The notes beneath the pieces are model-generated. The model had not been told where the DNA came from, searched no databases, and worked only from the letters and a program-made list of their open reading frames with translations. DNA of 64,000 nt from Balanoglossus misakiensis (lineage: Eukaryota > Animalia > Hemichordata): the NCBI GenBank assembly GCA_040954595.2, contig CM082578.2, positions 2,400,831-2,464,830 on the forward strand, in the 5' to 3' direction. Below are positions 1 through 12,749 of this stretch, one piece after another. A program made the position numbers and the translations under genes. Every line of letters starts with the position of its first letter. Positions within the stretch are counted from its first letter, which is position 1.

Positions 1-3000
1 CCAATAGAGCTAGAGGTTTGGTTTTTGTTGGACATGGACCAGTATGGGATTAAAATTTTTTGCCCAAATGTTGGGTGACCTCTGGTGACCTTTGACCTAC
101 TTTCGCATATCTCAACATCCAGAGCAGATACAGCCTTGGGATTTGGCAGGATGGGACCTAAATGTAAAGCCAAATTTTTGGGTCACCTGTGACACCTGCT
201 GACCTCATTAAATATGCACATACCTAATTACACGCGAACCAATAGAGCTAGAGTTTTGGTTTTTGTTGGACATGGCCCAGCATGGGTCAAAATTTTTTGC
301 CCAAATGTTGGGTGACCTCAGGTGACCTTTGACCTACTTCACCCTATTTCAGCAGCAAAAATACACACATCCTTGTTATGTCATGAGATAATACATCCGA
401 TAGAAAATTCTGTTTCTTCTCATTCATACTGTGCATATATAATTCAAGATCAGCGCTTGGGCCCGACAATGCTGCTCGCAGCTTTAATTCTGTCTTTCCT
501 TCTTTCTTTCTTTCTTTCTTTATTCTTCTGTCATTTCTTTGTCGCTCTAGATCTCAGACACCACTGCAGGTACAGTTCTCAAACTTACTACAGTGGTCAA
601 GGTCAATGAGTAGTCATGCATTGAACCCATGAATTTTTCATTAGTCACGTGACATGGCGGCCATATTGGATTTTCTGAAAAAATGCAAATCTCAGATCTC
701 AGAAACTACAAGTCAGATTTACTTCAGATTTGGTGTGCTGGTAGTGTACCTTCTGCCCATCATTTTTGTAATTGGATATTTTGCTGTCAATGTTGCAGTT
801 TTTTTGCTACAATTTTTTTTCTGAAATCTGGTCAAAATTTCAAAAATCTTCTTCTCCAGAACCGGCGATAACCGAGTCACGCGGTTTGGGGTATGTGGTC
901 ACCAAACTGAGGTCTATCAAGTTTGCGAAGATCATTGTGATTGGTCGAAGATTATGGCGGCCATATTGGATTTTCGAAAAACCCTAGTAAAATTTCAAAA
1001 ATCTTCTTCTCAAGAACCGGCGATAATTGAGTCACAAGATTTGGTGTGTGTGGTCATTAAACAGATGTCTATCATGTTTGCGAAGAGGAATGTGATTGGT
1101 CGAAGATTATGGCGGCCATATTGGATTTTGTGAAAAACAATTAAAAAGTAAAAATTCCCTTTCTAGCCTAAAAATTGATAGCACAAAAATTCTTTTTACG
1201 GATATGAATCATCATATGCCAAGAATAAGCTATAAATATTTTGGTAATTTTGGCAATGACCTTTGACCTACTTTTGACACATCGTTTTTTCTGCATGTCT
1301 AATTCCAGGCTAACCTATAGGGCTATCATTTTGGTTTTTGATGTATGTGGATTTGTATGTGATCAAAAAATTTCGCTACTTTTCATGACCCCTTTGACCT
1401 CTGCTGACCTCATTAAATATGCACATACCTAATTACAGATGAACCAATAGACCTAGAGGTTTGGTTTTTGTTGGACATGGACCAGTATTGGGTCAAAATT
1501 TGTTGCCCAAATGTTGGGTGACCTCGGGTGACCTTTGACCTACTTTTGCATATCTCGACATCCACAGCAGATACAGCCTTGGCGTTTGGAGGTATGGGGC
1601 CATAATGAAAAGCCAAAGTTTTGGGTCATCTGTGACACCTGCTTAACTCATTATTTATGTGCATACCTAATTCCGGGCTAACCAAAAGGGCTAGAGGTCT
1701 GGTTTTTGTTGGACATGGACCACTATTGGTCAAAATTTTCTGCCCAAATTTTGGGTGACCTCAGATGACCTTTGACCTACTTTTGCATATCTCGGCATCC
1801 AAAGCAGGTACAGCCTTGGCATTTGGAGATATGGGGCCATAATGAAAAGCCAGAGTTTTGGGTCACCAGTGACACCTGCTTAACTCATTATTTATGTGCA
1901 TACCTAACTCCGGGCTAACCAAAAGGGCTAGAGGTCTGTTTTTGTTGGACATGGACCACTATGGGTAAAATTTTCTGCCCAAATTGTGGGTGACCTCTGG
2001 GAGACCTTTGACCTACGTAACACTATATCAGCACCAAACATACATATAACCTTGATATTTCATGGGATAAAACACAGCATTATGTTTCTACTCATTAATT
2101 ATGTGCATATCTAATAATCAGATCAGATAATAGAGCTTGGGCCCGGACAATGCTGCTTGCAGCTTTAATCTTTCTTCTTTCTTTCTTTATTCTTGTGTCA
2201 ATTCTTTGTCGCTCTAGATCTCAGACACCACTGCAGGTACAGTTCTCAAACTTGCTACAGTGGTCAAGGTAGTCGTGCATTGAACCCATGAAATTTTCAT
2301 TAGTCACATGACCTGGCGGCCATCTTGGATTTTCTGAAAAAATGCAAATCTCAGATCTCAGAAACTACAAGTCAGATCGACTTCAAATTTGGCGTGAAGG
2401 TAGACTACCTTCTGGCAAACATTTTTGTAATTGGAAATTATGCTGTCAATGTTACAGTTTTTTTGCTACAGTTGTTTTTCTGAAATCTGGTCAAAATTTC
2501 AAAAATCTTCTTCTCCAGAACCGGCGATAACCAAGTCACGCGGTTTGGGGTATGTGGTCACCAAACTGAGGTCTATCAAGTTTGCGAAGATCATTGTGAT
2601 TGGTCGAAGATTTTGGCGGCCATATTGGATTTTCGAAAAACCCTAGTAAAATTTCAAAAATCTTCTTCTCAAGAACCGGCGATAACTGAGTCACAAGATT
2701 TGGTGTGTGTGGTCATTAAACAGATGTCTATCAAGTTTGCGAAGGTGAATGTGATTGGTCGAAGATTATGGCGGCCATATTGGATTTTGTGAAAAACGAT
2801 TAAAAAGTAAAAATTCCCTTTCTAGCCTAAAAATTGATAGCACAGAAATTCTTTTTATGGATATGAATCATCATATGCCAAGAATAAGCTATAAATATTT
2901 TGGTAATTTTGGCAATGACCTTTGACCTACTTTTGACGCATCATTTTTCTGCATATCTAATTCCAGGCTAACCAATAGGGCTATAAGTTTGGTTTTTGAT

Positions 3001-5014
3001 GTATGTGGATTTGTATGCGATCAAAAAATTTCGCTACTTTTCATGACCCCTTTGACCTCTGCTGACCTCATTAAATATGCGCATACCTAATTACAGATGA
3101 ACCAATAGACCTAGAGGTTTGGTTTTTGTTGGACATGAACCAGTATTGGGTCAAATTTTTTTGCCCAAATGTTGGGTGACCTCGGATGACCTTTGACCTA
3201 CTTTTGCATATCTCGACATCCACAGCAGATACAGCCTTGGCGTTTGGAGGTATGGGGCCATAATGAAAAGCCAAAGTTTTGGGTCACCTGTGACACCTGC
3301 TTAACTCATTATTTATGTGCATACCTAATTCCGGGCTAACCAAAAGGGATAGAGGTCTGGTTTTTGTTGGACATGGACCACTATGGGTCAAAATTTTCTG
3401 CCCAAATTGTGGGTGACCTCTGGGTGACCTTTGACCTACTTAACACTATATCAACACCAAACATAGATATAACCTTGATATTTCATGGGATAAAACACAG
3501 CATTATGTTTCTACTCATTAATTATGTGCATAGCTAATAATCTGATCAGATAATACAGCTTGGGCCCGGACAATGCTGCTTGCAGCTTTAATTCTTTCTT
3601 TCTTTATTCTTGTGTCAATTCTTCGGCCAACTAAATCTCTGAAACTACTGCAGGTACACTGCTCAAACTTGCTACAGTGGTCAAGGTCAATGAGTAGATG
3701 TGCAGTGACTTGTGAATACTTAATTAGTCACGTGACCTGGCGGCCATATTGGATTTTCTGAAAAAATGTAAATGACTTCTTCTCAAAAACTACAAGGCAA
3801 ATCAAGTTCAAATTTGGTACATAGTACACAAGGCCTCTGCCCTACAAAGTTTGATAATAAAATCTCGAGCGGTCACGTGACTTTGGCCGCCATATTGGAT
3901 TTTCGAAAAATCCAACTAAAATTTCAAAAATCTTCTTCTCAAGAACCGGCGATAACCGAGTCACGGGATTTGGGGTATGTGGTCACCTAACTGATGTCTA
4001 TCAAGTTTGATAAGAAGCATTGTGATTGGTCGAAGATTATGGCGGCCATATTGGATTTTCGAAAAACCATAGTAAAACTGCAAAAATCTTCTTCTCCAGA
4101 ACGGGCAATAACTGAGTCGCAAGATTCGGGTAGTATGGACACCAAACTGATGTCTATCAAGTTTGAGAAGAGCATTGTGATTGGTCGAAGATTATGGCGG
4201 CCATATTGGATTTTGTAAAAAGCAGTGAAAAATTGAAATTCCTTTTTCTAGTCTAAATATTGATAGCTTACAAATTCTTTTTATGGATATCAATCGTCAT
4301 GTGACTAAAATATGTTGCAAATTTTTTGGCAATTTTCACATGATCTTTGACCTACTTTTCACATATCATTATATCTGCCTATCTATTTCCAGGCTAACCT
4401 ATAGGGCTAGACATTTGGTTTTTGATGCATGTGGATTTGTGTGTGATCAAAATATTTTGCTACTTTTAATGACCCCTTTGACCTCTCCTGACCTCATTAA
4501 TTATGTGCATAGCTAATTACAGGCGAACCAATAGAGCTAGAGGTTTGGTTTTTGTTGGACATGGACCAGTATGGGATCAAAAATTTTTGTCCAATTGTTG
4601 GGTGACCTCTGGTGACCTTTGACCTACTTTCGCATATCTCAGCATCCAGAGCAGATACAGCCATGGCATTTGGTAGGATGGGACCAAAATGTAAAGCCAC
4701 ATTTTTGGGTCACCTGTGACACCTGCTGACCTCATTAAATATGCACATACCTAATTACAGACGAACCAATAGAGCTAGAGTTTTGGTTTTTGTTGGACAT
4801 GGACCAGTATGGGTCAAAAAAATTGCCCAAATGTTGGGTGACCCCAGGTGACCTTTGACCTACTTCACCCTATTTCAGCAGCAAAAATACACACATCCTT
4901 GTTATGTCATGAGATAATACATCCGATAGAAAATTCTGTTTCTTCTCATTCATACTGTGCATATGTAATTCAAGATCAGCGCTTGGGCCCGACAATGCTG
5001 CTCGCAGCTTTAAT
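1..5014 (+). mobile_element. Head-to-tail array of four non-autonomous Helentron/Helitron2-like (HINE-type) units, first unit cut by the window edge
   Basis: The terminal cassette GCTTGGGCCC(G)GACAAT-GCTGCTYGCAGC(hairpin)-TTTAAT recurs at 455-488, 2135-2169, 3558-3592 and 4981-5014. The first three are followed by a TTTC/TTC tract and a new unit. Units contain internal ~150-bp and ~240-bp subrepeats. 1-488 is nearly identical to 4528-5014. Confidence 0.6.
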
Positions 5015-6914
5015 ATGTATTTGAAGTAGATAGGGAGAGCGGGTGTTTAATTGACTGCTCTGGTTGTCAATCATCACCGAACTGACTTTGTTATATAACA
5101 CTTTATGTAAATTAATGGTATAGAGTTGACTGATGCCCAATGAAATTGTAACACATTGTATTTGTGATATTTTACATGGTTAACCACGCCTTGAGAAAAG
5201 TAATTATAAGAGAACTTTGTTTCCAAAGTTGAGGAGAGAGAGGAATAATGTAACGGGAGATAGGAGTACCTCTGGGTAAAATGGTTACAAATTGTATTCT
5301 AGTCCGGACACAAATGCGTTCGTCAACAAAATCAGCAAGGGGTATACATGTGAGCAGGTCGTGTCGGGATACTATAATAATAATAATTAAATAAAGAATT
5401 ATATAAAAATAATAATTTTAATAATAATAGGACCGATTTCCACAAAAATTTCACCATAGGGGTTTCTTGGCTCAATAAGAACAAAAATGATATCCGTTTA
5501 GTGATCACATGTTTCTATGGCAACCATTTTGGGGCTGAAATTATGCTTTTTGTGCTAAGAGAGGGTATCACAAGTCAATTTACATAATAATTGGTTGGAT
5601 TTGAACACAAAATCACACTGGCAGTATTTTTGTTCACAAAGAAAACATTTGGGGTTTATTTTCCGAATGCACAATAATAAGTTGGTGAAATTTGACTTTT
5701 CTTTCAAGACAGAGGAACTGCGCATGTGCAGAAAAACTGGCAATGCAGCCTGCCGATTTCCACAGTGTAACTACAAAAAAATTCCAGACTGTCGACCAGT
5801 TTTAAAACATAAATTCATTGGTATTGCATAAACGTTTACCGTCTATTTGTTGTTGTATGACATGGGTTATTGAATGAAGGCAGTTACAGGACACACTCGT
5901 AGAAGTACACTGTTTGAGTATTGACAGCGAGTCTGTGTTAAATTTGGCAGTTCAGCGTGACTTCAACACTAAATAGACAACTAGAAGAAAAGTCTGCAAA
6001 CTTCTAAATTTCTGGAAATGTTTTATTTGGTATGGTTATGAAATAATTTTCGTCTATGAAGAATCAAATCTCAGCGACGCACGATAGCTTCTGATGAATG
6101 CGAAGACCTGTCAGCTGACACGCAAATACAGCCAAAACATAAAATTCAACATTGAAAACGGAACCGCGAGATGCCTCGTGTGTCTGTCCTGTCACATCGT
6201 CTGAGAAAACAATAAAATTCCCGAGAAATAATAACACGAAATCCAAAATATCGTGATAACATTTCTTCATTTCTCTGATTCTATTTGGCTGCCTTGTATT
6301 GTAAACATTGCGTCCGTTTGACACCGACACAAACGTAGCATAACTCAGAGGTCAATACTTTGATTAAAAACAATAATTTTAACACTAACCTTCCTGTTCC
6401 ACGATATCTGCGGTTTCTATGGCGCTCAAATCTCATGATATGTGCAATTCTAAAGCCAACTGGGGTATTATTCCTGTCGTTTTAGCCACGAAAACTGGGC
6501 AGACGACACGACGCGAAACAGCTCGTTCACACTCAGTTGACATCGCGTGATTCCACAGCGCGCGCAAACATACGAAAAATTGCTACAATGTTGTACGTAA
6601 ATAAACTCGGTCTCCAACTCGTGTTGGGTTTCGAGCGAAGTTTTGTACCTCAGATCTGTCGTACACACGCCACCAGACTCACCGGGTAACAAGGTTTTAA
6701 ATAGTGTTTAACAATACCCGAGGTCTTTTTGTGAATATTAGGTAGAAAATCTCCAACCGAAAGCGTTGAAACGTCGTCTGCAATTTTAGATACATAGGCC
6801 ACTTTGAAAAATGTTGTCTTTATGAATCTGAAGTATCACGAATGATTGTACAGGAAATCCACCCGTGCTTATTAAATTGATAGATTGTTTATATAATTCT
6901 TTAAACCCCTTAAC

Positions 6915-6917
<3 letters not shown>

Positions 6918-6973
<56 letters not shown>

Positions 6974-8027
6974 TATTTCAGACTTTAAAAAAGTCCATAT
7001 ACCCAAAAGAGAGAAGAAAAAAAAAACACTAATGCAAATACTCTGGAAAATCTGAAACTGAGACACACACACACAAAAAAAAAAAAAACTCTGCAAAATT
7101 ACATGATATACAATTGCTTTCGCCAATGTTTGAAAAATATGCTGTCAGTCGCTCTATCTGATGAACAGATCGCATCAAGTAAAACATTAGAAGAATTTTC
7201 GAGTCTACGCTTAAAACTGTACATATTGCGTCTATAAACTTCACCAAGTGACAATACATGGTTTGTAGCATACATACCCGATGCACTGCAAAATGGCGGA
7301 AGACCGAGAAGTCTTATCCAAACATTATTGTACATAGTTTTAAATTTTTTCATCGGTTTAACTTTAAAGGATGCCCACAAACTGCAACAGTAAATATTAC
7401 TACAATATGCCAAAAATGAAACTTTCTTCACATCTTGACTACAATGTTGAAAATGTCTCAATAGCATGTTTGCTCTAACGCCAAATGCTCTTCTCTGTCG
7501 TTCAATATCTTCATTATCACAACCATCACAAGATATTACATGGCCCAGATAGGTGTGTACAGGTACAAACTTCAAAGTGATATCATTAAGTTTAACCGAA
7601 GGAGTTCTTTGAACACTCATATTCTTCCCATTAAAAAGCATGCACACAGTTTTACTAGAATTATAAATGATATCATAATCCTTGCCATAAATTTCACAAA
7701 TTCTAAGAAGACGGCGTAGACCCTTAACACTTGGACTGAGTAGAGTCATGTCGTCAGCGTAACCTAAAGTGTTAGCACTGACACCACACATGCTACAGCC
7801 AATTTTGGCTTTACAGAGTGCATTGATAAGATCATCAATGTAGACATTAAAAAGATAGGGAGAGAGTACTCCCCCTTGTCTTACACCGTTAGAAACAGAA
7901 AACAACTCTGAGGTTTCATTACCCCACAACACAGTAAACAATTGATTTCTGTACCAGTAATATAACATTCGAACAGCATACAAGGGAACATTCCTGTCGA
8001 TGAGCTTGTTAACCAGTTTAAAGTGAT
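6918..8027 (-). mobile_element. 5'-truncated non-LTR retrotransposon (RTEX-like), RT C-terminal half plus 3' UTR and (TAT)n tail
   Basis: ORF 7099..8067 contains GVRQGGVLSPYLF and GYADD. It is nearly identical to 45465-46530. AATAAA and about 17 TAT repeats at 6918-6970. Homology stops near 8027 and no TSD is seen. Confidence 0.9.
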
Positions 8028-8080
8028 AGAGAGGAGAACAAGAAAATGTAGTAAATACACAGAGCATCTATCTATCTATA

Positions 8081-8385
8081 GGGGACCATTCACTTTTTAC
8101 GGCCGGGGGGGGGGGGGGCGGCAAGTTTATGTCATCGGTTTTCAAAATCAGGCCGACCCCCCCCCCTTCACCCAGGACCAAAAAATGATGACCCCCCCCC
8201 CCTTTGACAGACCCAAAAATATGATGACCCCCCACACAAGGGAATGAGGCTCCTCACACCTCAATTATAAATTTCTTAAAGTATTATTGAAGTATATAAT
8301 AGTATATCGTTGCAATAAAGAAATCTATGAACAAATTAAAATGAAAAGTCAATACAATAGTTGCTAGAATTGGTAAAACAAGAAA
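8081..8385 (-). mobile_element. One-ended fragment of the Harbinger-type MITE at 20523-21477
   Basis: Reverse-complement match to about 21140-21477, including the terminal GGGACC..TTTTTACGG and G-runs. Confidence 0.8.
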
Positions 8386-9370
8386 TCGTACTCTCATCGT
8401 TGGAGCCCGACGATTACACGAAGTTTTGCCGAGCGCCCGAGTGACGTCATCGAGGTGACCACACCCATAGGTGTTGACCTGTAGATCGTAGCCTGGAATT
8501 CGCGCTTTGTTGCGGACTTTCGCGTGTGTGACCGACATTGAGTTTCGTCGCGTGTGTTTCAGTGAAGACGTGGAGTCGCGTTTGAACTTTCTGCGTGTAA
8601 TTTCTGACACGTTTGGAGAACTCTACAGTAAAGTTTTGTATAGAGAGAGAGACATTTATTTCTGTGAACACTTTAAGTCAATAAGAGTTTTTTTGAGAGT
8701 CGATGCTGATATTTCCATATCACATGCAGTGTGTATTTGGCATTGAAGCCATAGTTTATCAGTAGTTCTTTCCAAGTGTTTTATTGCAAAACATAGTTTG
8801 CGAGCTGAGTTCGATATAGTTGTTGATCAACACTGCAGGTGTTGCATTAGTTAATACAGTTTGTTCAACATCACATGAGAGTGTGGTCGTTCCTCATTTC
8901 ATGCCCTGCTCCCTGTTGTTGCAAACCTGAAAGCCAATTCCAAACGAAGAACCCCTTGTGGCCCCCGCTCGAGAAATTAATTTGGCAGAGTTTCCTCGCG
9001 GCCCGTGCTACTGCTGTCGCGAAGAGCCGGTTACAAATACACTGCCACCCCTCACTTCATCTGCATTTTACATTGCAACATTCAGATGATGATTTACTTC
9101 TGCTGCGGGAGAGGTTGGTCAAGATAAGTGACGATGAATTCAGAACAGCAGATGTGGTAAGAAAGGTGTCAATCATTTGAGACTGATGTAATGCGCTGTA
9201 TTGTATAAAGCCACAAGTAAGCGATATCCACTTAAGAGATAGAACATTTTGTGAAAGCTAATGTTACATACTAAATACTATAAAATTCAGAATACTAGCA
9301 ACAAATGCCAAACTAGCAACACCGGCTTTCTTTGAGGGGGCCACCGGCTTTCTTTGAGGGGGCCGACACC

Positions 9371-9672
9371 TTATCTCTAAAATTGTAACAACGTCACAAT
9401 TTAGTAGACAAAGAGGCGCCCCCCCCCATCCCTATTGCGCAGTTGAAGTACGTGCGTGTTGAGAGAGCGCAAATGTCCCGGTCAGAAGGTAACTACGAGC
9501 TTTGTAGAGCAGCGTTCGACACGCTAAACAACTCTCGTCGTACGTGCTCGAGTCTCCTACCCCTTTCTGTTCACGTCTCTCTCTCAACATGTACGTACTT
9601 CAACTGCGCAATTGGGATGAGGGGTGCCTCTTTGTCTATTAAATTGTGACGTTGTTACAATTTTAGAGATAA
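9371..9672. mobile_element. Hairpin MITE of about 300 bp with ~95-bp terminal inverted repeats
   Basis: TTATCTCTAAAATTGTAACAACGTCACAATTTA... at 9371 mirrors ...TAAATTGTGACGTTGTTACAATTTTAGAGATAA ending at 9672. Confidence 0.75.
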
Positions 9673-11878
9673 CGCGTTGCTGGCATGAAAGAAATACGAT
9701 GTTGCCAGTTTGCCGTTTGTTGCTGGTAAAAAGAATTCTGTGGTAATTTCTCATAAAGCTATAAATCACATAGGCAGATTTCTGTATATCTAAAAAACAC
9801 ACTGGTATGGAGACCAGGCTATCAAATCACATACAAAATCACCACATACAAAATCACATGTATCATTTTTTATAATTTATTTTTGTTCTGAAAAATATAA
9901 TTTGTCTACATCACAACAAAAGTTTGATTAATAGCATTATGAAAGTGTATAAAATTTAAAATATAGTGATAAAGACATTATGTTCAAGGTGATTCCAATT
10001 TCATAGCACCATTCTGAGCTTACTCGCCATAACTGAACAGTGAATACAACTATTTTCTGATGAGATTCCTTGCTGCCACAAATCACTGGCAGTATACACG
10101 TACAAAAGATAAATCCACTCACTACAAACTAAAGTTCACTTACATGTAGCAGGTAAGTGCAAGGTGTGTTTCATTTAAAACAGAATTTTACAGTCTCTGT
10201 AAATCAAAGCTTCCACTGACAACCTGAAAATCGCTCTCTAAACAGAGACAGCACTCCCTCCATCATTCTCTCTTTCACTGAGAGACAGAATGTCATCAAG
10301 GTTTGAGCTGTGTGCTGCATAGAAAATTGCTACTGTAGTTTTGTCTATCTTCTGAGAAAATAAAATATACTCACAATACCATTACATGTACTTGCAATCT
10401 GGAGTTGCTAAATGTATCTTCAGATTTTTTCTAATATAAAAATTATAAAATACTTTCACTCCAGGAGACAATTAAGTATTTGGACCATACTTCTGATAAG
10501 TTACAAAGTTTTTGGACATGTGAAGTGGTGAATATTAATTAGCAGTGACTGATCTCTATAGGTCACACACACACTCTTTTACACATTTTTCTTGTTATAT
10601 ACAAAAAAAATGTAGATCTAACTCGAGTACATGGTTCATGACATTTAAATTGCACATCAACAAAATTTTAAAAAATGAAGGGCAAAACAATGGTTTCATG
10701 TAAACTGATGAAATTCTCTCATGATGTGAATTTGAATATTGAAATGTGTCATATTTTTTAAAAGGAAAAACACAAAATTCTCCATGGAAAGTTACACTTC
10801 CCTGGATCCTTTGAATATATGCTTCTTTCAAAGCCGAAGTAGTACGCGAGCTTTTGGCTATTTTTCAATATTTGTGTCAACTCTGGTTTCTTGTTCTATG
10901 CTGGTTCGTTTCATGATATCGAAATGCTGAGTTTTTAGCTTCTCAACAAAGCATGTATATGAGTAAAAGCCATTGTTATTGTTGACAAATGAATTCAAAT
11001 TTGAATTTAATTTTCAACAACAACCAGGTTGATTACTATACAAAAGGTCTGTGTTGAAAAAGTGTATGTCTGTTTTAAAAAAATACTAAGAAAATAGTCC
11101 AAAGTTAGGGTTACTGGACCTTAAAATTAATGTAGCAATTTTTGTGTATGTACAATGCAACATACATGCATAAAACAATCTATCATACAAACTGTAAGCT
11201 TCCCTTGATGAATTGTAGATGTAAAATCTGCATATTTGTAAATACAAAGTCAGGGCCGAAAAAATTCTCTTTAAAATATTGCATCTTAGCTTCAATGAGT
11301 AGGTAATTTCAAATATCCGTCGTAATATTGATAATTAAGCATTTGAGTGGTACCTAACCATCTTGAAGGCATAACATTATATACAGCTGTGATGTGTACT
11401 ATGGGTTGGGGTTGAGTTGCCTGTTAAAACCCATCCAGCAATCAATGATGGCATTGAAATGACAGAACTGTATTAGCACTATTGTCAACCAACATCTCTC
11501 ATTCATTGCAAAGGACTTAAAGTGTGATGATTGTCTGTCTTATGCTCATGTGCCAAAAAAACCATCTGGTTACAAAAATTGTATGCAGTCAATGTTATAT
11601 AGCAGTGTGCTGTCCTAACAAAAGACAAGATGGCGACGACCATAGTCTGTGTTGGACATCAGGAAAAGACAGAAAATTTGGTGAACAGAAGGGACAAAAC
11701 TAAAGTCTACTTATACGGTGCGCATGAAATATGAAAGGAAGTGAATGCAGTCCACTATTTGAATGCGTTGAATGCAAAATTTGCAGAACATATGGATTGG
11801 ATGTAATGTTTGCCATTTCCATTGTCTCAGCTGTGGCAGTGACGACGCAGGTCTCACACTGTTGCCACCTAATGAATT

Positions 11879-12083
11879 TCAATTGTATGGGTCCACATGA
11901 TAGACAGAGTAATCGCTTTCTTTGCTGATGCGTAGTTCCCAGGGCACGTAGACAGACATGGTCAGCTGGGGATGGTTGCTTGCCTCCTGCAGGAGTTCTA
12001 TATCACTTTGATCTTTGATGCGAATGAGATCGCCCTCTATGTCTTGATAGTTCAGAGCGATGTCCCTGGCACCGAGTTCATTC
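11879..12083 (-). CDS. NCF4: Terminal coding exon of a p40phox (NCF4)-like gene, C-terminal PB1 domain
   Basis: Acceptor ttcacctacAG, then a phase-2 exon translating NELGARDIALNYQDIEGDLIRIKDQSDIELLQEASNHPQLTMSVYVPWELRISKESDYSVYHVDPYN*. It has the OPCA motif DIALNYxDxEGDL plus the PWxLxI and Y-x-V-Y tail recognised from the vertebrate p40phox C-terminus. Confidence 0.85.
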
Positions 12084-12216
12084 CTGTAGGTGAAGTCAAA
12101 TCGAGCATTTAAGTGCTACTAACAATGTTACATAACTTACAAGTGACCCTGCATCCACAGTATGAAATGTTATGTAGGCACAGGGGACACCCCTTCACTT
12201 TAAACATGCTGACTTC

Positions 12217-12562
12217 AAGGGGACGAAGTCTCTCTCTCGCTGCCCCTTTTCCATTATGTTTGACACAAGACACTGTTTATATTATTCTACATGTGGATAT
12301 ATAGTGAATCAACATTCGACCACACACAACTTCCATCCCACTTGTAGACACGAAAGTGAAAAAACTCACCAAAATGAATAATTGGTCTTTACCATTTATT
12401 CATTTTGGGCGAGTTTTTACTCTCATATCACACAAGCGGGATGGAAATTGTGTGTGGTCGAACGTTGATTCACTATATCCACATGTAGAATAACATAAAC
12501 AGTGTCTTGTATCAAACATAATTAATGGAAAAAGGGCAGCGAGAGAGAGAGACTTTGTTCCT
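12217..12562. mobile_element. Palindromic MITE (Kolobok-like ends) in the last NCF4-like intron
   Basis: About 165-bp inverted arms meet near 12388. Ends are AGGGGAC.. and ..GTTCCT, followed by TTAA on the right. Confidence 0.7.
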
Positions 12563-12677
12563 TTAATAGAGAAACTGCATGTTGATTTCAGGGAATATTG
12601 AGGGAGAAGTACTCCAAAATATTCACAACTTCTACTAAGCACATAACAGAAGCAAATGATGAATTGATAATACTTAC

Positions 12678-12749
12678 TGGACGGCTCGTAGAAGTTCATT
12701 GTAGGTCGTTTTTTTCGGCAAATTTGGCATCAACATCTACCGTTTATCC
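12678..12749 (-). pseudogene. NCF4: Penultimate NCF4-like exon (72 nt, phase 2-2) with an in-frame TAG
   Basis: ctctgttgcAG acceptor and GTAAGT donor. The 3' part (..KTTYNELLRAVQ) splices in frame to the terminal exon. The fourth full codon in that frame is TAG. Confidence 0.6.

Noticed and set aside
322-4700. Recurring 60-95 aa ORFs (e.g. WRPYWIF)
   Set aside because: They are translations of the non-coding tandem units.
8400-9200. Possible transposase or gene remnant (ORFs of 74-108 aa)
   Set aside because: No motif that I could identify with confidence.
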